A stretch of 49,998 nucleotides of DNA from Leptolyngbyaceae cyanobacterium (GCA_050331235.1 JBHJHA010000057.1:1-49998); one strand, 5' to 3'. Shown: positions 39,747 through 49,325, numbered from the stretch's first letter. Notes: generated from the letters alone by a model not told the origin. A program made the numbers and translations.

Positions 39747-41633
39747 TTAAGTCAACTTTTGCAGGCGATCGCGGAGCCAACTTGCCAGCACATTCATCAA
39801 CAACACGATGCCGCACAGCACAACTACCGCAGCCGCAGCCTTTTGTTGAAACAGCGGTTGGGGCCGCAGCAGCCAAAAGAATATTTGCGTTGTCAGCGTC
39901 GTAAACGGACTCTGCAACCCCTCCAAAGTCGGTTTCGGGACAAACGTAATAAACTCCACCGCTCCTATGGCAATCAGGGGCGACGCCTCACCAATGACCC
40001 GTGAGCCTGTAAACAACAAAGCCGTCAGCAAACCTGGGCGCGCCGTCGGCAGCACAATATGCCAAATTACCTGCCAGCGACTCATGCCGACGGCATAGCC
40101 ACCTCGCTTGAGGGTAACCGGGACTCGCCGAAGGGCAGTACGAGCAGCCGTGATCAACAAGGGTAAAACCAACAGGGTCATCATCATCGAGGCGGCCAGA
40201 ATGCTACGTCCTCCAGTCAGCCACCGCAGGTTTTCAGCAAAGACGGCAACACCTAAGATGCCATACAAAATACCCGGCACTGCCGTCGCATTGGCGAGAT
40301 TGATTTCAACTACGCGACTCCAAATCCGGTCGGGCACATATTCCTCTAAAAATATTGCCGCTGCGATACCCATAGGCACGGCAAAGAGAGTTGTCAATAC
40401 GACGAGCCATAACGTGCCGGCTAAGGCCCCTAAAATACCGGCCTTGGCCGGATCACCCGAGGTAAAGCTCGTGAGAAACTGCCAGTCAAGCTGCGGCAAC
40501 CCCAACCGTAATGTCACCACTGACAGCACCCCCAAGACCAGCGGCCCCGCCAGAGCCGCCATGCCACCCAGACCGCCCAACAAACGATCTAGCCAACGGC
40601 GCTGCCATAGGTTGGAAACGAATTTTCCATCAGGAAATGTGCCCAGCGCCTTGAACTCTAAATCTGCTGCCGGTGCCGGAGTGGCCGCAGTGGGCAAAGA
40701 CTGGGTTTGATGAATCCGACCATACCGGCGCATAAGGCGATTACCGACAATGTTGAGCACCAGCGTCATCAAAAAGAGCGTCATCCCAACCGCAAAAATC
40801 GTGTGAAATAACAAACTATCAGTCGGCACATCGCCCAAACTGACTTGCACGATAAAGGCAGTCATCGTTTCCACTGGCACTAGGGGATTGAGTGTTAAAT
40901 TGGGAATCTGCCCAGCGGCGATCGCCGCAATCATGGTTTCGCCTAACACCCGAGACGCCGCCAGAGTAATAGCCGCAATCACACTAGGCGAGACTTCTGG
41001 CAACAAAATTTTGAGGCTCATCTCTGCTCGGGTCAGGCCGCAAGCGTAGGCCCCTTGACGAATTCCTGGCTCCACCTGATCTAGGGCGTCTTCCACCAAA
41101 GCCGCAACAATCGGTGTGACTAAGAGTCCTGTCACCAGTCCCGCACTCAGTGCATTGAAAGAGGCCATGGTCGGCACCAATTGCTGCAACACTGGGGTCA
41201 CTAGCAGGAGGGCAAAGTAGCCATAAACAATAGTAGGGACCCCTGACAATGAGTTGAGCAGTGGCCTTAATATCGAGCGCCACGACTGGGGCGCATATTC
41301 CGTCAAATAAAAAGCCGCCAAAATCCCTAGGGGCACGGCAACCAACAGTGCGATCGCCGTCACCAGCAAGGTGGCACTGATCAAAACCCCAATTCCAAAC
41401 TGCTGACTATTGAATTGAGGCGTCCACTGGGTATCGGTAAGAAAATTCCAGACTGGCACCACTTGGAAGAACCGCCAGCTTTCCTGTACAAAAACCCATA
41501 GAATGCCAGCACTGATTAGCAGTGGCACCGCCGCCGCTAACATCAACCAGCTTTCAATGATTCTTTCTGACCACCGAACGCCGGCAACGTCATGTCCAAA
41601 TGGCGATCGACTATCGTGGGAGCGTAATGTCAT
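39747..41633 (-). CDS. fused phosphate ABC permease PstC-PstA
   Basis: PstC half (GVPTIVYGYFA, SRVLGETM) and PstA half (VPGILYGILG, SRVIGEASPL) lie in one uninterrupted frame. Confidence 0.88.
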   Translation of the reverse strand: MTLRSHDSRSPFGHDVAGVRWSERIIESWLMLAAAVPLLISAGILWVFVQESWRFFQVVPVWNFLTDTQWTPQFNSQQFGIGVLISATLLVTAIALLVAVPLGILAAFYLTEYAPQSWRSILRPLLNSLSGVPTIVYGYFALLLVTPVLQQLVPTMASFNALSAGLVTGLLVTPIVAALVEDALDQVEPGIRQGAYACGLTRAEMSLKILLPEVSPSVIAAITLAASRVLGETMIAAIAAGQIPNLTLNPLVPVETMTAFIVQVSLGDVPTDSLLFHTIFAVGMTLFLMTLVLNIVGNRLMRRYGRIHQTQSLPTAATPAPAADLEFKALGTFPDGKFVSNLWQRRWLDRLLGGLGGMAALAGPLVLGVLSVVTLRLGLPQLDWQFLTSFTSGDPAKAGILGALAGTLWLVVLTTLFAVPMGIAAAIFLEEYVPDRIWSRVVEINLANATAVPGILYGILGVAVFAENLRWLTGGRSILAASMMMTLLVLPLLITAARTALRRVPVTLKRGGYAVGMSRWQVIWHIVLPTARPGLLTALLFTGSRVIGEASPLIAIGAVEFITFVPKPTLEGLQSPFTTLTTQIFFWLLRPQPLFQQKAAAAVVVLCGIVLLMNVLASWLRDRLQKLT

Positions 41634-41778
41634 GAAGCAAGCTACATTGGCCGACTGATTCTGGCACCCCAATCTTTCCTCATCAGCTAGACCGCTTCAT
41701 TCACTACATCGGGGCAAGATCCACGACTGCCTTTAGTGAGCTCAGCGACCCTTTTTGGAAATTACTCCCACCATAGGA

Positions 41779-41813
41779 ATATTAAGTGAAAATTAAGTAA
41801 AGCCAAGCTTAAG
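41779..41813 (-). promoter_or_regulatory. candidate SphR/PhoB Pho box
   Basis: Minus strand CTTAAGCT...CTTAATTT-tca-CTTAATAT; the last two units have an 11-bp period, similar to the cyanobacterial PyTTAAPyPy(T/A) repeat; about 145 bp upstream of pstCA. Confidence 0.65.
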
Positions 41814-41898
41814 GTTGTCTCTAACGTCCTCTTAATCAGCGTTAGCGTCAGAGAGCTGCCTTTGACTGATACTGAGCATGTAGTGCGCAGGAATCGGC

Positions 41899-42480
41899 AT
41901 GACGATTATTTCTACCGCCATTGTGCTGTTGTTGATTTTGGATCCTTTTGGCAATTTAGTCACTATCAATACGCTGTTATCCGATTTGCCCGGTCGCAAG
42001 CGACAGCGAATTATTCTGCGAGAGGCACTCATTGCCTATGGCATTCTGGTTGTCTTTCTGTTTGGGGGCAACCCGCTCCTGTCGTTTTTCGGAGTAGAGT
42101 CTCACACCCTGAGGATTTCCGGCGGTATCATCCTGTTCATCATCGCCCTGGGCATGGTGTTTCCCACTCGCTCCGCCTTACCCTCAACCCTAGAAACCGA
42201 GCCCTTTATTGTGCCGATCGCGATGCCCTTGATTGCGGGTCCGAGCGCGATCGCCACGCTACTCGTATTAGCCAAATCAGATCCTCAACTGATCGGCAGT
42301 TCCCTCGGTGCTCTCACCTTTGCCATGGGCGTTTCAGGCGTAATTCTCTGGGCCTCACCTTGGCTGTTTCACCGGTTGGGCCCTCGGGGTGCCCTCGCGA
42401 TCGAGCGACTGATGGGTATGTTGCTCGTCATCTTGTCTGTACAAATGATGCTAGACGGCATCGAACAATACCTGACCTGA
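41899..42480 (+). CDS. MarC-family integral membrane protein
   Basis: ILDPFGN, PIAMPLIAGP and ERLMGMLL motifs. Confidence 0.92.
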   Translation: MTIISTAIVLLLILDPFGNLVTINTLLSDLPGRKRQRIILREALIAYGILVVFLFGGNPLLSFFGVESHTLRISGGIILFIIALGMVFPTRSALPSTLETEPFIVPIAMPLIAGPSAIATLLVLAKSDPQLIGSSLGALTFAMGVSGVILWASPWLFHRLGPRGALAIERLMGMLLVILSVQMMLDGIEQYLT

Positions 42481-42561
42481 AGAGATTGCACCCTGGCACT
42501 CCACACACCGCCTTTATTGGGAAAGTCAGTAGATCCTCAGAGCAAAGAGTCTAGGCCTTAC

Positions 42562-43161
42562 CTACACCCGCGCCAGTGTCACTTGCTCGGGCTGGTCCTG
42601 GTATTTACCGCGGCGGGTTTCATAGCTGACTTCGCACTGCTCGCCTTCAAAAAAGAGAAGTTGCACAACACCCTCATTGGCGTAGATGCGACAATCAGCA
42701 CTCGAAGAGTTAGAGAACTCTAGCGTCAAATGCCCCCGCCAACCTGCCTCAGCCGGCGTCAGATTGGCAATGATGCCGCAACGGGCATAGGTGGATTTAC
42801 CAATGCAAATCACACTGATGTTGTCAGGAACCTGAATCCGCTCCAACGCTACACCCAGGCCATAGGAGTGAGCCGGCAAGATAAAGTAGCTACCGCTAGT
42901 GTCTGTTCTGAGAGTAGTGGGCTCTAGGTTATCTGGACTGAAGTTTTTAGGATCGACAACGGTACCGGGAATATGGCGGAAAATTCGAAACTCTGACGGG
43001 GACAGCCGGATGTCATAGCCATAGGAAGACAGACCATAGCTGATCACAGGACGGGAGCAATTCAGTTCGCCCATATCCACATGACGAACTAACTTCGGCT
43101 CGAATGGTATAATTAAGCCTTCTTCAGCCATTTGAGCGATCCAAGCGTCATTTTTAATCAT
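42562..43161 (-). CDS. dcd: dCTP deaminase
   Basis: SYGLSSYGYDIRL, GKSTYARCG, TPAEAGWRG and GKYQDQ motifs. Confidence 0.95.
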   Translation of the reverse strand: MIKNDAWIAQMAEEGLIIPFEPKLVRHVDMGELNCSRPVISYGLSSYGYDIRLSPSEFRIFRHIPGTVVDPKNFSPDNLEPTTLRTDTSGSYFILPAHSYGLGVALERIQVPDNISVICIGKSTYARCGIIANLTPAEAGWRGHLTLEFSNSSSADCRIYANEGVVQLLFFEGEQCEVSYETRRGKYQDQPEQVTLARV

Positions 43162-43218
43162 GGTTTGATGCCGGTTTAGAGTCAGATATTTATCAGGATG
43201 AAACGCGAGTGTAAATAG

Positions 43219-43782
43219 CTAAGCCACAAAATGGCGACGAAACTCGGTGATCTGATCGGCGATCGCCAGCAGTGATTCTGGCATGTCCGGTCCGGTCAAG
43301 ATGACGTCTAGCTGAGAGGGCCGCTGCTGCAAAAAGGTTAATGCCGTCTCCTCTGCAATCAAGCCCAATTGAATCGCTAGGCTCAACTCATCCAGGACCA
43401 CCAGGGAATATTTGCCTTGCATGGCAGCCGTTTCAGTATGGTGCCAAAGTTGAGCGACGGCAGTTTGCTCCTCAACGGTGGCATCGGCGACTTTGAGCGA
43501 TCGCTGTATGTCAGGTCGCAGCCACTCTAACCCCTGACCAAACTGCATAGGCTGGCCTACCCCCTGGCTGATGCCGCCTTTCAAAAACTGGGTAATCAGC
43601 ACCGCGTGACCTTGGCCCGCGACGCGCATGGCCTGTACCATCACGTTGGCAAAGAACGTGCGATGGGGAGAGGTAAAAACCTGGATTGTGCCAGCAATGG
43701 CATGTAGCCAAGGATGACTCTGTCGATGAGGGGGACGCTCTTGCAAAGGATGGGGGATCGGCGCCCGAAGCTGTGAAACCAT
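43219..43782 (-). CDS. CobO/BtuR (cob(I)alamin adenosyltransferase)-like protein lacking Walker A
   Basis: QFLKGG, VVLDE, DVILTG and ADQITE are present; the expected GxGKGKT is replaced by SPHRTFF. Confidence 0.8.
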   Translation of the reverse strand: MVSQLRAPIPHPLQERPPHRQSHPWLHAIAGTIQVFTSPHRTFFANVMVQAMRVAGQGHAVLITQFLKGGISQGVGQPMQFGQGLEWLRPDIQRSLKVADATVEEQTAVAQLWHHTETAAMQGKYSLVVLDELSLAIQLGLIAEETALTFLQQRPSQLDVILTGPDMPESLLAIADQITEFRRHFVA

Positions 43783-43806
43783 GTTTAGGGGCTATTCGAT
43801 TTCGGT

Positions 43807-43863
43807 AGGCTAAATATAGCGCAGTTCTCCCAAAATAATTGATAAAAACTCTATATCTATAGA
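43807..43863. promoter_or_regulatory. tandem NrdR-box-like sites
   Basis: aggCTAAATATAGcgc (43807-43822) fits the core CwAnATnTwG; actCTATATCTATaga (43848-43863) has one core mismatch; spacing 41 bp. Confidence 0.55.
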
Positions 43864-44179
43864 TGATTCAAAAATACTGGCAACATCATGCCACCGACCG
43901 TCGAGATCGGTAGCATCAGTCTATTCAAGCGAGAGCGCGATCGTGCGCTTGCTGACGACACCTTGGTTATCCGCCTGAAATGATAGCGAGAGTCAGCTCG
44001 TTTGAGTTGCTCAATCATGGATTCTCTCAGCCCATATTAGGGGCTGAAGGTCGTGCAATCGCAGTCCCCATTCACAGCCGCCTGTGTTGATGCCGCTATC
44101 AATGACATTGCAGACCAAACCAGGGGGCGGTTGCCACCCCGACGCCATGGCATTAATCACTGTTACTGGTAGAGCTCAC

Positions 44180-44689
44180 TTACAAAGCAGTTTCATTGAG
44201 AGCGCTAGGTGTAGCGGACTCGGGCAACGAATCAGCCGAAAAACCACTGGAAGTCGTTGCAGGTTTAGGAATCGCGATGGGAGACTGATCTAAAGCGATT
44301 TCCAAATTGTCCTCAGACGGAGTTGCTGCTGTCGTGCCGCCACTGATGCGCTCAATCGGGTGCAGCGCCCCAGAAAAGATACCCACTACCACCACGGCGG
44401 CAGCAGTCATCCCAGCCATGTACGACATGCGTAGGCGGCGGTTAAGCTTGCGAAACACTTGCTGAGCTGTTTCGCATGTATCTGCAACCTGCCACTGCTC
44501 ATAGGGCAGCTTTTGAAACCCTTGACGCAGCTGCAAAAGACGTCGATAAAGGCACTGCGTTTCAGGATCTTGATCTAACCAGATCGAAACCAAGCGGCGC
44601 TCTTCGGGCGAAACTTCACCATCAAGATAGGCGCTCAACAATTCAAAGCGATCGCGTTTAGTTGCGTCTAAGTCTCGATATTGACTCAT
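44180..44689 (-). CDS. anti-sigma factor (SigG partner), single TM
   Basis: RDRFELLSAYLDGEV N-terminal anti-sigma motif and a TM segment; downstream of the ECF sigma gene. Confidence 0.8.
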   Translation of the reverse strand: MSQYRDLDATKRDRFELLSAYLDGEVSPEERRLVSIWLDQDPETQCLYRRLLQLRQGFQKLPYEQWQVADTCETAQQVFRKLNRRLRMSYMAGMTAAAVVVVGIFSGALHPIERISGGTTAATPSEDNLEIALDQSPIAIPKPATTSSGFSADSLPESATPSALNETAL

Positions 44690-44805
44690 TACCGTATGCC
44701 TTAAACCAAAGTGGAGGATTGTAATCGGCGCCGCTCATGTCATCAAACGGCGAAAACATTCACTCATACGAGCTGGGTTGCGAACTGTCAACTAATAGTA
44801 ATACA

Positions 44806-44832
44806 GACGCTACAGAGCCGGATTTAGGTTCC
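44806..44832 (-). promoter_or_regulatory. ECF-sigma-type promoter GGAAC-N18-CGTC upstream of the anti-sigma gene
   Basis: Minus strand GGAACctaaatccggctctgtagCGTCtg resembles the generic ECF (sigmaE-like) promoter consensus. Confidence 0.5.
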
Positions 44833-45040
44833 AACTAACGCTGCCTAGTCTAAAACGACCAAGATACATAGGCATTCAGTAAGGTCACTGATTTTGCCAA
44901 CCGATCACTACAGCATTCGCAACTGAACCAAGACGATAAATCCCTATTCAGGAGCCGCATCTCATCATAGGGTTAGCGCCTATGGGATGTGGCATTTCTT
45001 GAATAAGAATTTATGGGTATTCGCTATGATGCGCTATCAG

Positions 45041-45715
45041 CTAAACCAATGATTCAGTCTTGAGATACAGATTTAATTCCTGCTGCAGGCGTTGTCGCGC
45101 CCGGGCAATCCGCGATTTTACGGTGCCTAGGGAGGTATTAGTGATCTCGGCAATTTCTTCGTAGCTCAGCCCCTGAATTTCGCGCAAAACAATGGTGGTA
45201 CGAAAAACTTCAGGAAGGCTGGCGATCGCCTGCTCCAGTTCAGCATAGAACTCTTGGGTCATGAGCGTGTCCACTGGGTTGGGGGCATCCGAGGGCACTT
45301 CCCACTCCATTTCGCCATCCGACAGCATGCGGGGCGCATCCAAAGATAACGGCGACTGGTGGCGCTTACGCTTACGCAGCTCATCGTAAAAGAGATTTGT
45401 CGTAATGCGTCCGAGCCAGCTCTTGAACCGTTCTACCGTTTGGAGCTTATAGAGATTGCGGTAAACGCGAATCCACACTTCTTGAGTCAAGTCAGCTCGG
45501 TCAGACCAATCCGGAGCTAAATGGTAAAGCAAACGCTCAACATAGCTTTGATAACGCTTTACCAGTTCAGCAAAGGCGGCTTTATCAGGGCGACGCTGAT
45601 CACGACATCGTTGAATCAAATCATAGCTTGACAACTGCGAAGGCGAATCGCTGCGCAATGCTGACAAAGCAGAGCGGGCAGCAGATGTCCACGGCGTAGA
45701 AAATGAATAACTCAT
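45041..45715 (-). CDS. sigG: ECF RNA polymerase sigma factor SigG
   Basis: DLTQEVWIRVYRN, WLGRITTNLFYDELRKRKR and GLSYEEIA...GTVKSRIARAR motifs. Confidence 0.9.
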   Translation of the reverse strand: MSYSFSTPWTSAARSALSALRSDSPSQLSSYDLIQRCRDQRRPDKAAFAELVKRYQSYVERLLYHLAPDWSDRADLTQEVWIRVYRNLYKLQTVERFKSWLGRITTNLFYDELRKRKRHQSPLSLDAPRMLSDGEMEWEVPSDAPNPVDTLMTQEFYAELEQAIASLPEVFRTTIVLREIQGLSYEEIAEITNTSLGTVKSRIARARQRLQQELNLYLKTESLV

Positions 45716-45987
45716 AGATCTAGTACAGCTAGCAAGTGTGAGGAAAAGATAGAAGCTGACCCTATAGACTGAGGGCTTCCCGCAAATATTTGGACAGCCA
45801 TCTGTAAAACGCGAATTTCTTTGTGTTGTACTGTGATCTCACAAGCTTTAGGTTTACGTAATGTGCCTATCATTTTTGTGGCACAGCCTTTTTAAGTGAT
45901 ACAGCCTTTTTAAACCGATTGACTTCCGGAAGTCTGTTTGGTCAAGTGGTAGGGGTATACTCAAGCCATAGAAATTACCCTTAGCCC

Positions 45988-46461
45988 ATGCGATATTTGG
46001 CCAAGGTAGAGCGAGCCTCATTCCTCGGAAATGCCATCTTGCAGCTACTGGCACGGCAAGTTGACGAATACCTGTGGGAAACCCTGCCTGATAAAGAAGC
46101 GATTGAAACTGATATTGCTGTAGGCGTCGGCAATGGGGCAGTCATTTTAGTGACCGTCGAGCGATCGGGAAGCAAACCTGTCGTGACTGAGGTAGACGAT
46201 GTCATTCCCTGGCTGATGGATGTGGTCACCCAATTTCTTGCCCAGGGCATTACTCCTGAGGTGTTGGCCCAAGAGGCTGAACGGGCCGAGCAATGGCGGC
46301 AGTCGTTGACGCTGGAAAGCCAAGAAGTCGAGCGGCGCGCCCTGGAAACCGCTGCCCGCCGTAACGAAATTCAAGAGCTAGAGCGCAACCTAAAATTAGA
46401 GCGAGAAGAACTAGAGCAACGGGAAGCAGAGCTCTTGGCCCGCCAGCAAGAAACTGAATAA
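45988..46461 (+). CDS. conserved cyanobacterial coiled-coil protein resembling the HmpF N-terminal region
   Basis: MRYLAKV...LQLLARQ...W...GAVILV...EQWRQSLTL pattern followed by a coiled coil (similarity from recall). Confidence 0.65.
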   Translation: MRYLAKVERASFLGNAILQLLARQVDEYLWETLPDKEAIETDIAVGVGNGAVILVTVERSGSKPVVTEVDDVIPWLMDVVTQFLAQGITPEVLAQEAERAEQWRQSLTLESQEVERRALETAARRNEIQELERNLKLEREELEQREAELLARQQETE

Positions 46462-46597
46462 GCTCGGGCTAGGGGCATAGATCGCGCCCTTACCCAGATC
46501 GGGAAATCGCCGCCCAACCACTTACGATTTTGATAATTCAGACAGTTCTAGCTGATAATAGGCCATACATTGATTTTGCTTGTGAGCCCTCTAGCCT

Positions 46598-47032
46598 GTG
46601 GACGCTAACTCTCCAGCCTGTTCCCAACCAGTCATTTTGGGATTTGATCCGGGGCGTCAAAAATGTGGGCTCGCAATTATGGGCTTAGATAGAAATCTGT
46701 TTTATCGGGAAGTTGTCGTCGCCGCTAGCGTTTTAACCACTATTGAGCAGTTACAGCAGCAGTTTCCCATCTCGCTGATGGTCATGGGCGACCAAACGTC
46801 GGCCCACGACTGGAAGGAAACGCTGACCCAGCTGCCACGACCAGTGCGCGTTGTCTTAGTAGATGAGCGATATTCTTCGTTGGAGGCTCGCGATCGCTAC
46901 TGGCAACTGTATCCCCCCCAAGGTTGGCAACGTCTTTTGCCCAAAGGGTTGCGGCAGCCCAGCGTTCCCATCGATGACATTGTCGCGATGCTGCTAATTG
47001 AGCGTTACCTGAATCGCTTGACTCAGGGTTAA
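46598..47032 (+). CDS. yqgF: YqgF/RuvX-family RNase H-like pre-16S rRNA nuclease
   Basis: ILGFDPG, VDERYSS and DDIVA motifs. Confidence 0.85.
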   Translation: MDANSPACSQPVILGFDPGRQKCGLAIMGLDRNLFYREVVVAASVLTTIEQLQQQFPISLMVMGDQTSAHDWKETLTQLPRPVRVVLVDERYSSLEARDRYWQLYPPQGWQRLLPKGLRQPSVPIDDIVAMLLIERYLNRLTQG

Positions 47033-47037
47033 GCGAG

Positions 47038-47304
47038 CTAAAGCTTAGCCCGAATAGTAAACGAATAGTCGCCCCCAGCTTCGAGCTGATAATCAAACCG
47101 TTCTAAAAATCGGCCCAGCGGTTCACGAATGAGGGCACGACCCAAAGAAGGCTCGATGGTGAGTCCCCCTTTGGGAAACTGCCATTGAAACTGCCAAACA
47201 TATTCGTTTGCGTGGACTTCACCCTCAAGACGGCCCTGATGCCAAGACTGATAAGTAATGCGAACATGGGCGGTGGTTTCGGGCAATGAGCGGCGACGTG
47301 TCAC
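47038..47304 (-). CDS. DUF3146-family protein
   Basis: LPETTAHVRI, PSLGRALI and DYQLEAGGDYSFTIRA cyanobacterial motifs. Confidence 0.8.
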   Translation of the reverse strand: MTRRRSLPETTAHVRITYQSWHQGRLEGEVHANEYVWQFQWQFPKGGLTIEPSLGRALIREPLGRFLERFDYQLEAGGDYSFTIRAKL

Positions 47305-47487
47305 AGAGCAAATGCCAGGTTTCTAATCGTGGACAAACGGTAGCAAAGGGCGGCAAGCATCCCTTTATAATCGGCCTCAACAGCTAACATAGCTGCGTTG
47401 CCTGGCGAAGGTCTACTCCCGTAGGCATTTTATTTTCATGGTTTGTCGATAAATCGCGATCGCGAGCCGGGGACCACACCCCGCTAC

Positions 47488-48087
47488 CTATTGAGCTTGC
47501 TGGAGTGATTGCCAATCCTCGGGGGTGTTGCAGTTAGTCAATATCTCATCCGGCACTGGCAAAATCGGTACGACGTGGCTTTGGTCTAGCCAAGCTTGAA
47601 AGGATCTTTGCCCAGTTGCTAAATACGTCCGCATGGAAGCCCCACAACTAGGACGGTAAAAACCGCACAAAGGCTCCCACCCCTGATTTGTTTGTGGCAG
47701 ATAGGCGATCGCCGTTGGCGGCAATTGTGAGAGGTTCCGGGACCATTGTCGCAATGTATTGGCCTGCAATTTCGGCATATCACAGGCCAGCAGCAATATC
47801 CAATCAGCACTCGCAACCTGGGGTAGCGCCTGAGCAAATGCCTGTAGCGGCCCAGGCCCAGGCTCATCGGGTCGTACTGGGACTTCTTCTATCCATTGAG
47901 CTGTAGGCGGCAGATACGGCTGGTAGCGATCACGGTGGGGCGTCACTATCCATACAGACGTCGTCAAAGCCTGAGCCACATCCCAGGTCCGGCGCAATAG
48001 CGGCCTCCCGGACAACTCTAGTAGTGCTTTGTCCTGACCCATCCGCTGGCTGCGGCCCCCAGCCAGAATCAACCCGCCCAGCTGCAT
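47488..48087 (-). CDS. mobA: molybdenum cofactor guanylyltransferase
   Basis: LAGGRSQRMGQDKA, GPL, ACDMP, EPL and NCNTPED motifs. Confidence 0.92.
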   Translation of the reverse strand: MQLGGLILAGGRSQRMGQDKALLELSGRPLLRRTWDVAQALTTSVWIVTPHRDRYQPYLPPTAQWIEEVPVRPDEPGPGPLQAFAQALPQVASADWILLLACDMPKLQANTLRQWSRNLSQLPPTAIAYLPQTNQGWEPLCGFYRPSCGASMRTYLATGQRSFQAWLDQSHVVPILPVPDEILTNCNTPEDWQSLQQAQ

Positions 48088-48163
48088 TACACGTCTACCT
48101 CAATGTGACTACTGGCTGAGCCACGCAACGGACTAAGCCGGCCCCGAAATTCCACCGCTTTCA

Positions 48164-48901
48164 TCAATGGCGGGACTGGCGACTCCGCTCAACCCAGACC
48201 AGCCCTTTGGCAAAATACAAACTAGCCGTAATCACCGCCAGCAGGATGTAAAAGAGCCGAATACTCCAGCCCGTCAGCTTAAAGATAACCGTAAATAGCC
48301 CTGGCTCTAAGCCGCTGAACCGGGTCAGCTCAGAGCGGAACCACTTATCATCCTTATCGATGCTTTGCAGGGCTCTGAGATCCGTCGGCAAAATCGGGAC
48401 CTGCACTGTGTAGCGAAAGAAGCCAACCACGCCCTCGTTGCCTGTTGCCTGTCTCAGTAATGCATTGGTGACTTGCTGAGCCTGAGTGGGCAGCAGCTCT
48501 GATTCTACCGCCACTTCTTGCACCCACAGGTGATATCGCACCACATACCCAGTCATGAAGACCAGAGGCACGGCAAGCAGGAACGGAATCAGCTTTGGTA
48601 GAAGTCCCCAGCGACGAGGCAACCACAGCGTAAATGACCCCAAACTCACACCCAAAATAGCAAACACGATGACATTGGTCACCTCAACCAGTTCGAGACT
48701 CTTAAGCAGCCCGCCAAAAATCGGCAAGTTGTAGACAAACATCTCCGCAGCCCAAGCGATCGCGCCTTTCAGCAGCACCATCCCTATGATCAGCAGCAAC
48801 GTTGCACATACGTACCGCAGGATTTTGGCAGACTTAGAAGATCTGGCAGCAGCTTTGGAGGACACCTTAGATTTTTGCTGGGAGGAGAGACGCGTTGTCA
48901 T
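48164..48901 (-). CDS. hypothetical membrane protein (about 4 TM)
   Basis: 245-aa ORF with a basic N-terminus and hydrophobic segments; no family recognised. Confidence 0.7.
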   Translation of the reverse strand: MTTRLSSQQKSKVSSKAAARSSKSAKILRYVCATLLLIIGMVLLKGAIAWAAEMFVYNLPIFGGLLKSLELVEVTNVIVFAILGVSLGSFTLWLPRRWGLLPKLIPFLLAVPLVFMTGYVVRYHLWVQEVAVESELLPTQAQQVTNALLRQATGNEGVVGFFRYTVQVPILPTDLRALQSIDKDDKWFRSELTRFSGLEPGLFTVIFKLTGWSIRLFYILLAVITASLYFAKGLVWVERSRQSRH

Positions 48902-49325
48902 GGCATCGAGGTTTAGAGCAGGCTGATTGACGATCGTGTTGATGGGACCAAGTCATTTCAATCAATGGAATCAAGCCGAGGCAGCCGCAGACAGTGTGAA
49001 GGTTTACCTCATCTCGGCAAATCAAGAGTTAAGCCTGAAATTCAAGGCCATTTTATCGAACATTTGCACTATTGCGCGGGCTCCCTAGCGGAGGATGGCT
49101 CGAACGGTGAAACATTGACCCAACACTCGCGATCGCCCCTGACTGCTTTAGAGGGTACTGGAGAATTCAGGCATCGGCCGCACTTTCGCCCAAATTTCAT
49201 GATTAACGTCACATTTACTCAAAAATTCTGTCTCATTGACATGGTGTCGTCAGTGACGATGAGCACTCTCATCCGCCAGTGACTCTGCTGCGCCAGACTG
49301 TTTCAATGAAGCCGATACCATACAA

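Noticed and set aside
580..48626. Numerous 60-230-aa ORFs overlapping assigned genes (e.g. 791-1279, 9222-9785, 20280-20954, 40108-40710, 41862-42554)
   Set aside because: They are antisense or off-frame shadows of well-supported CDSs in GC-rich DNA, with no motifs.
48965..49282. 105-aa plus-strand ORF
   Set aside because: No motif or compositional support; it lies in the upstream region of the 48164-48901 gene.
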